Source: Setoptus koraiensis (taxonomy: Eukaryota > Animalia > Arthropoda). Taken from it: a DNA stretch of 64,000 nucleotides. Below, one piece after another: positions 49,358 through 60,400 of the stretch. The DNA is taken from positions 6,758,001-6,822,000 of the forward strand of contig CM106586.1 in the NCBI GenBank assembly GCA_048013815.1, written 5' to 3'. Each line of letters starts with the position of its first letter. Position 1 is the stretch's first letter. Made by a program: the position numbers and the translations under genes. The notes below the pieces were generated by a model. That model saw only the letters and a program-made list of their open reading frames with translations. It was not told the DNA's origin and did not search any database.

Positions 49358-49625
49358 CTCTAGTGCAATGATTGTTCCATCTTCCTCTCGCTCGCTATAT
49401 CGCTATATCTTTCGACCAGTTCATCAAGGTAAGATTGCTTGTAGATGACAGAGGTCGTTTCTTAGCAAAACAATTGATTGCAGCATCTTTGGGCCATTCT
49501 AGTTTTTTACGTATAAGTAGGAACAGATCATAAAATCAGATCTGTTGGATCCGTGCCTTCAGTGCGCCGCTATGGCTTTTTTAGGATTGTTAGCGAGCGA
49601 TTTCTCGCAAACAATATTGAATTTT
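49358..49625 (-). pseudogene. Frameshifted Atg8/GABARAP-like ubiquitin-fold relic
   Basis: In order and at Atg8 spacing: IVCEK ... PTDL ... LIRKKLEWPKDAAINCF ... LDELVERY ... EEDG, compared with family VICEK...PADLTVGQF...IRKRI.LP.EKAIF.F...MGQLY...DEDG. Several frameshifts; no C-terminal Gly motif. Confidence 0.55.
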
Positions 49626-49630
49626 TGCGT

Positions 49631-49911
49631 TTCCTCATGTGTCGGAGCTTGATCGTGGACCCTACATTAAATGTGCAAACATTTATGATCCGCCATGGGA
49701 AAAGTAAGCACTGCAGCTCAAATTGAAGCACAAAGAATTTGCCTTGGTCGAATATGAACTCCCCGAAGCCGCTCAATTAGCACTAGACCTGATGAATGCT
49801 GTCATGTTGGGCTGAAGAAATATCAAAGTAGGCAGACCATCCAATATGCCTCAGGCTGATCCAACAATACAACAAAACACAGAGCAAGCAAAAGATTACA
49901 ATAGAGTCTAG
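49631..49911 (+). pseudogene. PUF60: PUF60/half-pint RRM1 fragment with premature stops
   Basis: [43 protein letters not shown]...YNRV* matches the PUF60 RRM1 end ([37 protein letters not shown]). TGA at 49813 replaces Gly. LMCR lies upstream in another frame. Confidence 0.88.
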
Positions 49912-49963
49912 ACGACGAGGATGACAATCAAATGAAACAAGCCGTCCATGGGCCTCAACCATT
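49911..49963 (+). pseudogene. Short third snail relic (pre-zinc-finger segment)
   Basis: gacgacgaggatgacaatcaaatgaaacaagcc...cctcaaccatt matches copy 2 (gacgacgaggaggacgatccaaagaaacaggcc) and copy 1 (atcaaatgaaacaagcc...cctcaaccatt). Translates DDEDDNQMKQAVHGPQPF. Confidence 0.75.
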
Positions 49964-49973
49964 TATTCAAGCT

Positions 49974-50672
49974 TCAACCACTATGTGACTGATTTAACAA
50001 GTCTTCTGTCTTAGTTTTGAGCATTTTGTCTAAAACATCTATTGAATTATGCATTTCGCATTGCATGTAATCAATAGTATTTCTTACTAGATCCTCCGAC
50101 AAGCTTGCTTTAGTCTGTTGTCTTTTGGCTTTCGATGAGTAGGAGGCAAAAAGGACTTTTATTTCACTCTTTGCCTTTGTAGTGGCCCGGCTAGCTGCCA
50201 TGACCAGTTTCTCTCTATGCTCTCTGGTGACTTTTGGTACAGGTATGTAGATTGTGTTTCCCTCCACTTGGGGATTTGTGTTCCCTAAGGCGGTCAAAGC
50301 TTGTAGTGTTGGCTTGAGAGCCTCTGGCATGGCAGCTAAATTTATCACAATCAAACTGGAGCCCTTACGACTAATTTGGGCCACATCTTTTAGTTTAAAT
50401 AGATTTCCCGATTGAGCATCCTTCTTTCTGTTGTTATCCTTTTTGTCGCTCATATCGTTAGTGTCTTGCATAAGATCGATATCGATGTTATCCACACTCA
50501 ACAAAGCCATTCGACTAGTCAGATTTTTATCAAAGTTATCTTTAACTTCATCCAAGATAGATTTCAATTCCGATCTGTATGATTCAATCTGTACAACAGT
50601 GAGCATTTCGTCGTCGCTCAGACCCACTTTCGGCTTGACTTTTGCTGCCGAGGCCTTCCCTCTCTTGGCTGA
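49974..50672 (-). other. MRRF: Mitochondrial ribosome recycling factor moiety
   Basis: Begins after RRNY with SAKRGKASAAK, resembling the basic mature N-terminus of animal MRRF; RRF core motifs as above. Confidence 0.85.
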
Positions 50673-51677
50673 ATAATTGCGACGTTGTTCAAAATTAACA
50701 GAAGACGACGAATGTCCTATTGTTTTGGTATTATTGTTATCATTGTTATTGTAGTCGCTAGAGAAGGCAGATTTATTGTGCGATCGTGGGTTAGATTTGA
50801 TCGCGTGAATAGCATAGTGGGTCAGGGTTGTAGGTGTCCATATAAAGGTGCCTGATAATGGTTCATACATGAATCCGTTGACGAGTCTTAAATGATAGCC
50901 CATCCTCTCTAGCATTATTTTCAGTCCTACCACATTGACAAACATATCGTAAGTATGTGTGCCTTTGGGCAATTGTTTTAATATGTATTCTCCAAAAAGT
51001 ATGACGCCCAAATAGGCCAATGGTGTCTGATTGATGGTGGTCAAGAACAGACTTCCATTTGGTTTGATGGCCTTGGTGCATTGTTGCAAAAATGGCTCTA
51101 TGTCTCGTATGTGTTCGAGAACCTCTGATGCCACCACAGCATCAAAGTTCTCTATGTTCTTTTGTTCGCCAACAATGTCCTCAATATTACAATTGCGGTA
51201 TTCAGGCCTATCGCCCTCTGACATATTCAATTGGGCGTGCTGCTGAGCCTCGATAATGCTCTCATGGATAGGGTCTATACCCAAGACGCTAGCGCCTAAT
51301 CTGGCAAGCGGTTCACTCAGAATTCCGCCACCGCAACCGACATCGATAATTTTGAATCCTTTGAGGGGTGTTGCTGATGATTCCATCAAATTCAAGCCCT
51401 GCTTGCCCTGTTTCTCCAGTAGTCCATTCCTTATAAGTGGCACTCTCAACTTGTTCATGCCTCTCAATAGAGCAAATTCTTTTCCATTCCACCATTTGCT
51501 GGCATGATCTTTGAATATTTGTCTCTCTGAATAGGATATGTTTGTTTGATTGGAGAGCTCATCTTGATTTAACTTTCTATCCGTCGTCACAAATGATCGT
51601 TTAATTAAACTTGATGCCAAAGTCACGACGTGCGTGTGTCGCCTTGCGTCTCGTTGCAATAATAATTGGGTCAGCAT
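49974..51677 (-). CDS. COQ3-MRRF: In-frame fusion of mitochondrial ubiquinone biosynthesis O-methyltransferase (COQ3) and mitochondrial ribosome recycling factor (MRRF), 567 aa
   Basis: One uninterrupted ORF from ATG 51677. N-half: SAM motif I (IIDVGCGGGILSEPLARLGA), FDAVVASEVLEHI, GSLFLTTIN, LPKGTHTYDMF. C-half: LKDVAQIS, NPQVEGNTIYIPVPKVTREHREKLV (RRF). AATAAA at 49967-49962 on the minus strand. Confidence 0.9.
   Translation of the reverse strand: MLTQLLLQRDARRHTHVVTLASSLIKRSFVTTDRKLNQDELSNQTNISYSERQIFKDHASKWWNGKEFALLRGMNKLRVPLIRNGLLEKQGKQGLNLMESSATPLKGFKIIDVGCGGGILSEPLARLGASVLGIDPIHESIIEAQQHAQLNMSEGDRPEYRNCNIEDIVGEQKNIENFDAVVASEVLEHIRDIEPFLQQCTKAIKPNGSLFLTTINQTPLAYLGVILFGEYILKQLPKGTHTYDMFVNVVGLKIMLERMGYHLRLVNGFMYEPLSGTFIWTPTTLTHYAIHAIKSNPRSHNKSAFSSDYNNNDNNNTKTIGHSSSSVNFEQRRNYSAKRGKASAAKVKPKVGLSDDEMLTVVQIESYRSELKSILDEVKDNFDKNLTSRMALLSVDNIDIDLMQDTNDMSDKKDNNRKKDAQSGNLFKLKDVAQISRKGSSLIVINLAAMPEALKPTLQALTALGNTNPQVEGNTIYIPVPKVTREHREKLVMAASRATTKAKSEIKVLFASYSSKAKRQQTKASLSEDLVRNTIDYMQCEMHNSIDVLDKMLKTKTEDLLNQSHSG
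50796..51677 (-). other. COQ3: COQ3/UbiG methyltransferase moiety, including the predicted mitochondrial presequence
   Basis: Arg-rich N-terminus ending KRSF, followed by complete UbiG/COQ3 motifs ending THYAIHAIK. Confidence 0.9.
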
Positions 51678-52307
51678 TTTTTCGGGGTATTTTAGATTTA
51701 ACAACACGCAAATAAAATATATTATCGACAAAATCTGGTTCTTGTTTTGTGACAGGAAACCAACAACAACAACACGCTGAAAATGTATAAATTAAATATT
51801 GGCTGTTCCAATCGTTCACCGATGGAAATGTAAACATTTTATTACATCAACAAAGCAGAACACATGTCTCGATTTTTACAATATATAACAGCTGTTCTGC
51901 TCAGCTCCATGCGAGCATGCGTTTTGGCGCCCTTTCCCATGAAAACTCTTCCAATTTGGCGAGTCCAACTAAACAATCCTCAATCGAATGTTTTAATTAA
52001 TTTAAATTGTTCCAAACACTACAACTATAATCTACAAAATGCCTTCTGACGAAGCGAACAATATCGCCATGCTCGGGGTATATTCCCTGGTCAATATAAG
52101 TACTTCTTGGTACTGAGGACTTCAACAACTCACATTCGCTGGCAGCCATTTTTGGTCCAACAAACAGTCTAACAAACACCACCTATGCAAATCGTGAAAG
52201 ACACAAAAAAATAATTTGCTTTGATGTTATCGCCAATGTAATGATGATGCAATGATGTAATCTTGCCATTAAATAATCAAGGGCAAGACGGATAACTCAT
52301 ATAGAGC

Positions 52308-53207
52308 TCACTTACCTCGAGGCGTTTCGAACTTGTTGAAATCTGTTTCCGGTGATCTGTAAATTTCGAACTCCAAATGAAGCAATTGTAACTCGGCGTA
52401 GTGGTGTCTCTTCTTTTTTCTCGGAGTTAATGATATCCAGGGTTTATTACAATAATAGTGAGTGTTTTTTTTAAATTTAAAATTCAATCTAGCCACATCA
52501 CTCCATTTGATTGTTTTAATTGATTTGCTATCATTGTCGTCGTCTAGCAAGCTGTTGGTCATCTGATAGGATACTTCGCCTCCGATTGGTTGAACAAAGT
52601 ACTGCCGCTCATTTGTTCTAATATACGCTTGACTGTTTGTTGATGTTCCAATTGGTGTTGACGGTCTATCTAATTGTACAAAGTGCAAATCTATGATGGC
52701 ACAGGTGAATTTAATTGTTACACTTGGCATAAGAGAGTTTAATTGTTCTGTTGATATTGTTTCAATTTCATTCAGAGGCACAGAACCGATGATATCATCT
52801 TGACCACTGTAAATCAATATTCTCCCCGCCAACACAATCTTGACCCTATTGTCGTCGCTTACAAAATCAATCACTTTATCGTAGCTTCTATCTTTCAGTG
52901 TGTTGAGTTTACAAACTCGCCAATCATGTCGAACATTTTTCACTGGTAATGATAATCTTTGTGCCTGAGATATAGCCAATATCGGGGGTATTGTTTTGGG
53001 TACTTGTTGAAGTTCATCACTAAAGTTGGATCTGAGCTCGGAAACATAGACATTAGTAACATAGTGTGGAACTTGTTCATTATCTACATCGTCTTCGTCT
53101 TGGAGATAGTGGTTATCTTTGTTCAATAGCCATATAAAACAGACTAGAGTTATAAATATCAAAAAGGTGATAATGATCACATAAAGCAACCATTTTTTTA
53201 CACTCAT
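52308..53207 (-). CDS. Uncharacterised protein with N-terminal transmembrane/signal-anchor helix (299 aa)
   Basis: ATG-started 299-codon ORF in an AT-rich cluster; hydrophobic WLLYVIIITFLIFITLVCFIWLL. No domain confidently recognised. The 3' end could be spliced (G|GTAAGT at 52315). Confidence 0.7.
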   Translation of the reverse strand: MSVKKWLLYVIIITFLIFITLVCFIWLLNKDNHYLQDEDDVDNEQVPHYVTNVYVSELRSNFSDELQQVPKTIPPILAISQAQRLSLPVKNVRHDWRVCKLNTLKDRSYDKVIDFVSDDNRVKIVLAGRILIYSGQDDIIGSVPLNEIETISTEQLNSLMPSVTIKFTCAIIDLHFVQLDRPSTPIGTSTNSQAYIRTNERQYFVQPIGGEVSYQMTNSLLDDDNDSKSIKTIKWSDVARLNFKFKKNTHYYCNKPWISLTPRKKKRHHYAELQLLHLEFEIYRSPETDFNKFETPRGK

Positions 53208-54478
53208 AACACAAGGAGCTGGTTGCGATTCAATACGACAGTGGCTAGTTATAAATTTAGCAAATGTAGATTTTTTTTTTCGTAAATAATAATTCGTCCT
53301 CAGACACCGACAATCTATTAGTGGTGACTAACTGTTACAATATTTTTGTTTGTTTCCTATCCACACGCTGGTACTTTTGCTTGTAATTTGGCGATTGAGT
53401 CATAATCTAAAAGATAATCACGATCGCTACCACTATACACATACACACACATTTGTTCAAAGTTTAGTTTAATTATTATAACTACTAGGGAGTTTTATCA
53501 GTGGCACTCTTCACTTCAAGCACTCTTAGACTAGAATCGAGAAAATTATTATTATGTACTTATCATGCGAAACTTACATAATTGTTAATGGCTAAATGCT
53601 ACCGATAATTTGTTTTGATGATCATCATTACATAATAACATACACACCATTGTTGTTGCTATCATACTGCATTAGCTAAACTAGCCCATCTAGCGTATCA
53701 ACAGAAACTGTTCAAACATATTTGCCAATGATTTACGAGCTATTTCACTCTCTTTTTTTTGAATAGTTGTATCAAACTGAGGAGAGTTTCATGGCGGTGA
53801 ACAAAAAGCATAACTCACAATACATGACAAATGTCAGCTAGAAGATATTCATGCATCAGTGTTGCAATTGTACGATACGGATGTTCAACAATATATTTAG
53901 ATTCACAAGTACGCCAATGGCGACGATCTGTCATTTGTTTCTGGCACTTGTTGCCATCACACATTTGTATACAATGTACAAGTAATATCTTTTGTCTGTT
54001 GTCACACTAGATATTATGCAGAATATATCATTGCACACATGTTAGGTTCATTAAGCTTCTTTCAATTTAACTGAATCGCATCATCGGCTCTGTCAAGGTG
54101 CCTACAGAAAAGCAGCCGTCTACTACTGTTCATAAAGAGAAAAAAGAATGTTCCATGTCTCAATGGTTAAATGTGCAACGGGACTGTAGATTGACTCGTG
54201 TAAATCTTTCATCTTTTATTATCATTTTTACAATAAATATCTACTTAATATTATGTAATGTGTACTATATATATACATATATATGTATAACTTCACACAA
54301 TAGTAGCTCCGTTTGCCTAATAATAGTTTTTGTGGCTTGGTTTTTTCATCATGGCCTAGATTCAGTTGATTGACAAGATCGATACAATGAATTCGCAATA
54401 ATAACAAACAAGTCACAATAAACAATAATGGATCTCTTCATTGTTGTGGTTGCTGTTGTTGCTGTGCACCAATGATTA

Positions 54479-57400
54479 CTAGAGATTCTTAAAATCTATG
54501 TTGTATACAATCAATTTGCCGTTGTCAAGGCCAACTAATATGTATTTATTCTCCACCGGAGACAACGACTTTACCCTATTTGGTTCGTGCACGATTGAAT
54601 TAGCAGGATTTATATTGCTTGTGTTCAAGGTGTAAACTGGTTGCAAATCAAATGTTCTTATCACCTTGATTATAGTTGGACTTTCAGTTAATATGAGATG
54701 CTCGCCATCTCTTGTTGTTTGTAATATACAACAATCACCCAATTTTGGATAGTTACTATCACCGAATGTTGTGCTACGCATGAGAACACCTCTTAAATTG
54801 TATGTTAGTAATAAAGCCATAGGTGGCTTCTTCTGTCGTTTATCAATAGCAACATTGTCAGTATCGCTACTAGCTGCTGTTGCTTTGTTATTCTCCTTTG
54901 TACAAGCTATTGCTTTCGTTGGCGCCGGTATTGCCAAACAGGCTATAAAAGCCAATTCTCTGGCTAGTCTTATATTTGTTACATAATAGTCTGTCTCGTG
55001 ACGAACGAGACTGTTTAGGGATTCGGGTATGCTCATGTTGCTCGATGTGGTGGTGTCATTATCTTCGTTTGTAGCCATAGATTGCTTTTTGAATGTGCCT
55101 CCACTATTGCTGTTTACTGATTGTTGAGCGCCAGTTGTTGATGCGCCAACATTAGTTGACCTAATACTACTATTATCGACATTGTCATCTAGCTTGGTTT
55201 TATTCGATGGTGACCTTGAACTCGTATGCAAATCATCGCCGAGCATGCTGGCCTCTAGATTAGCTCGTTGTTTGTCCTTTACATAAGGTCGAATTATCGA
55301 ATTTGAGCTGGAGCCTTTCGTGTCGGCGGATGAATTAGCTGCTGATGTTGAATCATTGTTATTGGCAAAATGCATCTCGTGATTATGTAAGCTAGCCAAG
55401 TGTATATTGATCTCTACCAAGCATTCAGCATAAGCAGTTGTATGAACAAGCAACAGGTTACGGCTACCTGATAGTATTAAACCCAACTCAGCGCTGATTA
55501 ACACAGTCAAAATAGGAGATTCGTGGCCGCTAATGGTCAATTTCGGTAACGGATTGTGCACGGCAGACACCCCGCTACCTTCTATCTGGGCATATTTAGC
55601 ATTCCATGTCCACAACAATACAGAACAATCTTGGCTACCTGTAGCCACATAAAAGTCGGCCACTGCATTACATTCACTGCGTGCCATACATGTGATGGGT
55701 CCGCGATGACCATATATAACCTGCGACAGCTTTCCGTAATCAGTGGAGAAAACTCTGAAACTGTTGTCGTAGAAAGAGCCCATAATTATGTGACGACCAT
55801 CCAATGTCACAATGTAATGTGTGCTTGACCACACAACTTCATCGACAACAACAAATTGAGCTTCAGCATTCTGTTGGTTAGAGTCCTGCGATGCTTTTAA
55901 ATCAAATTTGCGTTTAGCATTATTTGAATAGTCATTTGCAGTAGGTATAGACACTCCTGAGCACATATCATTTATGTCTATCAATTGACGTTTGTTGGCC
56001 GATGACGCATTGGTCGTTGATACCGAAACTGATGCCGTCGTGGGCAAGGAAGAAGTTGTGTGCTGACTTGGTGTAGTTGAAGAAATGCCCAGCAATGGAT
56101 CTATCAAGAATGGTTGATTGCTTGGGTCTTTCGAATGCCACTTGTTGATTTGGTACTGATTATTGGCTGTTATTGTCACTATAGAGTAAGGGCCCTGATT
56201 GAGAGACTGACATGTTGCACCCGTTGAAGCTCCTCCAACGCCGCCCAATGCAGCCGCAGATGAGTTATGCAATACACATGGCGCTATGTGAACAATGGGG
56301 GCATTGAATGGGAATTTCACCACCATACAAACCTCGTCAATTATTGGAGAAAACATCAGTGGTGCAACATGAAGAGCGCTAGATCTAGGTGGATGCGGAT
56401 CAGTAGTCAACTGGGATGGAGTTTGACCAAAATGTCGTATTTGTGTTTCGATGGCTTCGCGAAGTGCCGGATCTTGAATAAGATTCAAATTGACATTGCC
56501 TTGATAGGTTAGATAATAGAAGACATTGATAGCACGAATGGCCTCAGGTCCCCGTTGCTTGTAGCCAAATATTAAATCAATCCATTGATGTAACTGACAC
56601 GATACCAATTCAGATTCAAGCGCCATCCTGTGCAACCTTACAAAATGTTCAGCTGACTCGGCCCAGGGTGGAAGCTCCACAGCTCGGAGACCGAAGTTCT
56701 CGTAAAATATCTCAGGCAAATAATAGAATTCAGGTATTAGCTCTTTGACGTTCTGTTGTCCACCTACCAACGAACCCATCCATGCATCACCTATGGATAA
56801 AAAGAGCCTGCTCTCGTCCTCGTATTTGCCGTCTTGCAACGCCATGTAAGCTGTATTGAATTGTCCTCTCAGACGGCTCATCCAACTTAATGTGAAGGCG
56901 GCAGTAGAGTAATGAGTACCATAGTGAAAGGCTGGAACTTTGGGATTGTCCCAATTTTGATAGCGTTCAATAAACTCCAGACGTCTGTCATTATTAAGTG
57001 CTCCCACTGGCTTCGATAGATCACGAAAGTTGGTTGGTAGCGTTAGGTCAAGGTTTTCACTGTCATAGTTGGTCAATATCCAGGGGAACACAGGATATTG
57101 ATTCAAGTCCTGGAAGGTTCTACCAGCTATTGTGTTTAGAAACATCAGGTATTGAAAATTACTTATTTCTCGCTTCTGCCATTTTTGTGTCATATTGGAA
57201 GAGGCGAACAATTGTCTTGGCGAAATTAATGAGGCTCGACGAGATTGTTGGATGCCGTATTTGATACCTACTCCGACAGGCGGCAAGAACTTAATAGCCC
57301 TCTTCACTGTGTCAAAGTCATTGAATGCAAACATGACAGATGTTCTCTGAATTAGGAATATCTCAATAGCATTCTGTTGCAATAGATAGTGACGAGAAAA

Positions 57401-60400
57401 TATGGCTCTAATATCTGTGAGCATAATCTTTCCATTGAAGGCGAGAAACTCGCAATATTTTAAAACTTTCAAATCTAATTTTCGAATTGTCTTGTTCTGA
57501 TTAGTCGACCCTGAAACGTTATTTGTGTTCAAGCATTGGTGATTGTCCAGGTTGTTTGAGTTGCATGATCTAGCGCCCGATGGAGTTCGCTGCTGTTGCT
57601 TTGCTTCGCGCTTCAAAGAATCTATAGTATCATTGATGGCTTGATGTGGTTCAAAATAAAGCTCGTGAGCAGTCAATTGTAGAATACCATCAATGGCATA
57701 TATGTTCCATATAAGAGAGCATTCAGTTGCGAATAGAACAGATCCTGAAAAGTCAGTTGTTGTCTCACAATCGTTATTAAAATTGACATTTTGATCGTCC
57801 ATCTCCCAGTAGTAGTCGTCTCTATCGTGATTTAAGCTAGAATCCCTACTGTCGTATTGCATATTATCGGAACACTTTGAGCTCTTATGATCTTGTTGTT
57901 TGTTTTTGTTTGCAGACTCGTTTGTAGGCAAACAAAGGTCGTCATCTTCAGGTGTGAACTTCATCTTTGTTTTGTCTAGTTCGCCATTGCTTCTCTTATG
58001 ATTTTCTTCCTCCATCGAATCGGCGATACTGCGTTGGTTGTTTTCGTTCACATCCTCCTTGAGTGTTTCATCGTCAGCATCGCCAATCCCCATATTGATG
58101 GGGTCGCTGTTGTCCAGCCCGTCGCAACAACCAATATCGGAACCTCTAGACAAGCTGCTCTCATTCTTACTAGCATCGTTGTTATTTTGATGTTGGTTGT
58201 CACTGATGCTGCATTGATGGTACTGTAACTGATAGTCATCATCCCAAGTATCTACAACAAAACGACGTCTCCTTCTATCATCGTCCTCCCAGTTATCCAA
58301 CTTGTAATTGCGCTTATTCTGGCAGTTAGATGTTTCTTTGAATCGATTGTGCAGCACATAATCACGACGTTTCGCCGAACAAATCAATGAATTTACTAAT
58401 GCCTCCTCGTGCATTCTAGTTGATTGCATCTCGACACATGACAAATTGAACTGCTCATGTTTGGCAACATCGTCAGCACGTAGTCTATTCAATATAAATT
58501 CGGCCTCCATTGCCACGCGTACAATATGGTCCTTCATACCATGAGATAATATCCTACCCTCATTAATTAGTTCTATAAATGTTAATCCAGCGTTCTTCTG
58601 TAGCGTATTCTGCCACTCTTGTGAGCACAATAACATCACTAATTCAACTGGGCTTGTATTTGGTTTTCTGAAGGTTCGATCAGCCTCTTTACTCACAAGA
58701 TCTTGTCCGTATGAACCAAGTAATGTTTTTGACAGAAACATTGAAAAGTCACACATTATATCTATAAGTAATGGACAAACACTTGAAAGAGTGGTCTCAA
58801 GGCGAGTTGTCAACATTTCGCTAATACTACCAGATGCTGATTGTTGTGCAGAGGTTGAACTATTGAATGCTCTAGATGTGATATCAAGTGAATCGTTGTC
58901 ACCAACACTTGCTAAAGGATTAGAAGTTTGGTTACTAATTGTATAATGGTCACTTTCTGTCACTATGTGAGCTTGAGATTGAGTCTCGGGTGAACACTTG
59001 TGGCTCGATGAAGCAATTGTGGCCGAGCTCGTTATGGACGTGGTGTTGCAGGAGATCGAATGGTCTGTGGAGGCGCCAATGTCCACATCCTCCGGTTGAT
59101 TATTCAAATTTTTGTTGTTTCTATTTTGTTGTTGTTTTGTTTCACGTTTCGGTTCAATAATATCGCGATATTTCGATACCATCAACACAGATATAAAATA
59201 CAAACTAGCCAATGCCAAAAATTGTGATTGACGAGACTCTGGATCTTGATCTCTATAAACAGCAGCTTGAATTCTGTTGACATCAATTGTTTGCAATAGC
59301 TTATTCGGGTCCTTGATGGGCACTGATTGAAACGGCAAAAAGGAATGCGTAATGCCTGTATTTGGTGTCTGGTGAGGCGAAAACTCTCCATCTACCAGTA
59401 GATCACTTTGATCTAATCTCAATGCTGAGCTCACAAATAATTCAGAAGCGGACACAATTGAGCAACCGTGATAGTTATCGAACAAATCTCTAGGGAAATC
59501 GCTCGATGTAATAGTGTAGTTACCACCTATGCCCATCGAGGTGATTTTTTGAGTGATAGCTTGAAGCGAGAGACAGTTCTTGACAGCTACAGTGCAAGAT
59601 AAGCGCAAACATTGTCTAAGTATGCCACCGTTTGTGGTGTTCTTGTCAGCTTCTAATTCACTCAGATTGACGTGTGAAGCTGAAAAAACAACTGTATCAA
59701 TTAAATTCACTAATCTGTAAAGTAGAGAATTAGCCTGGGACATCGTGAGTCCTTCGCTAACAACTTGCTTCTGATTACTATTCGAGGACGATGTTGAAGA
59801 CGATGAATTGCCAGTCCTTTGATTTTTTCCACCAGTTGCCTCGGCTAGAAGAGGCAGTAGACCACCGGAAGCGATGACAATATTATCACAAAGTTGTGAG
59901 ACAAAATGGATGATGTTGACGATATAAATCTGATTATCATTGTTCTGCAAGATATGATCCATTTGGTTTGGTGTTGGCGAAGTAGATTGAGAGCCTTGTC
60001 CGCCATCATTTGCCGATCTATTGAAACCGGATGGATTGAACTGATAGATATTGCCACTAACACGATTGGCGCCACTATCATGCTTGTTGGTGCTGGCCAA
60101 CGATGATTGATCAACCTGTCGAGCCAGGCACTTCCAATGGAACAAATCACATTCAATGGAAAACATTAGATCATTCAAAAGTTTGATCAACAAATGGCTC
60201 CATTTGAATTCAGGTATACGAAATGCTGGAGTTGCGGAAATTTTTGGCGCTTGATGGTGCTGATCCTGATGTTGATGATGCTTATGGTGTCGTTGATTGT
60301 GAGAATGCTTTTGGACATTGTCCGTTAAGCTACAGGTAGCCTGTTGTTGTTTCAATTGCTTACTAGTTTGATTAACAATATCATGATGGTGCAAATGATG

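Noticed and set aside
51678-51731. Upstream extension of the COQ3-MRRF ORF in the ORF track
   Set aside because: It starts at a non-ATG codon; the first ATG is 51677 and gives a plausible mitochondrial presequence.
51997-52315. Small ORF 51997-52182 as exon 2 of the orphan gene via the GTAAGT donor at 52315
   Set aside because: The donor is phase 1, and the nearby AG acceptors do not join it to this frame; they give only short tails. It cannot be resolved without RNA data.
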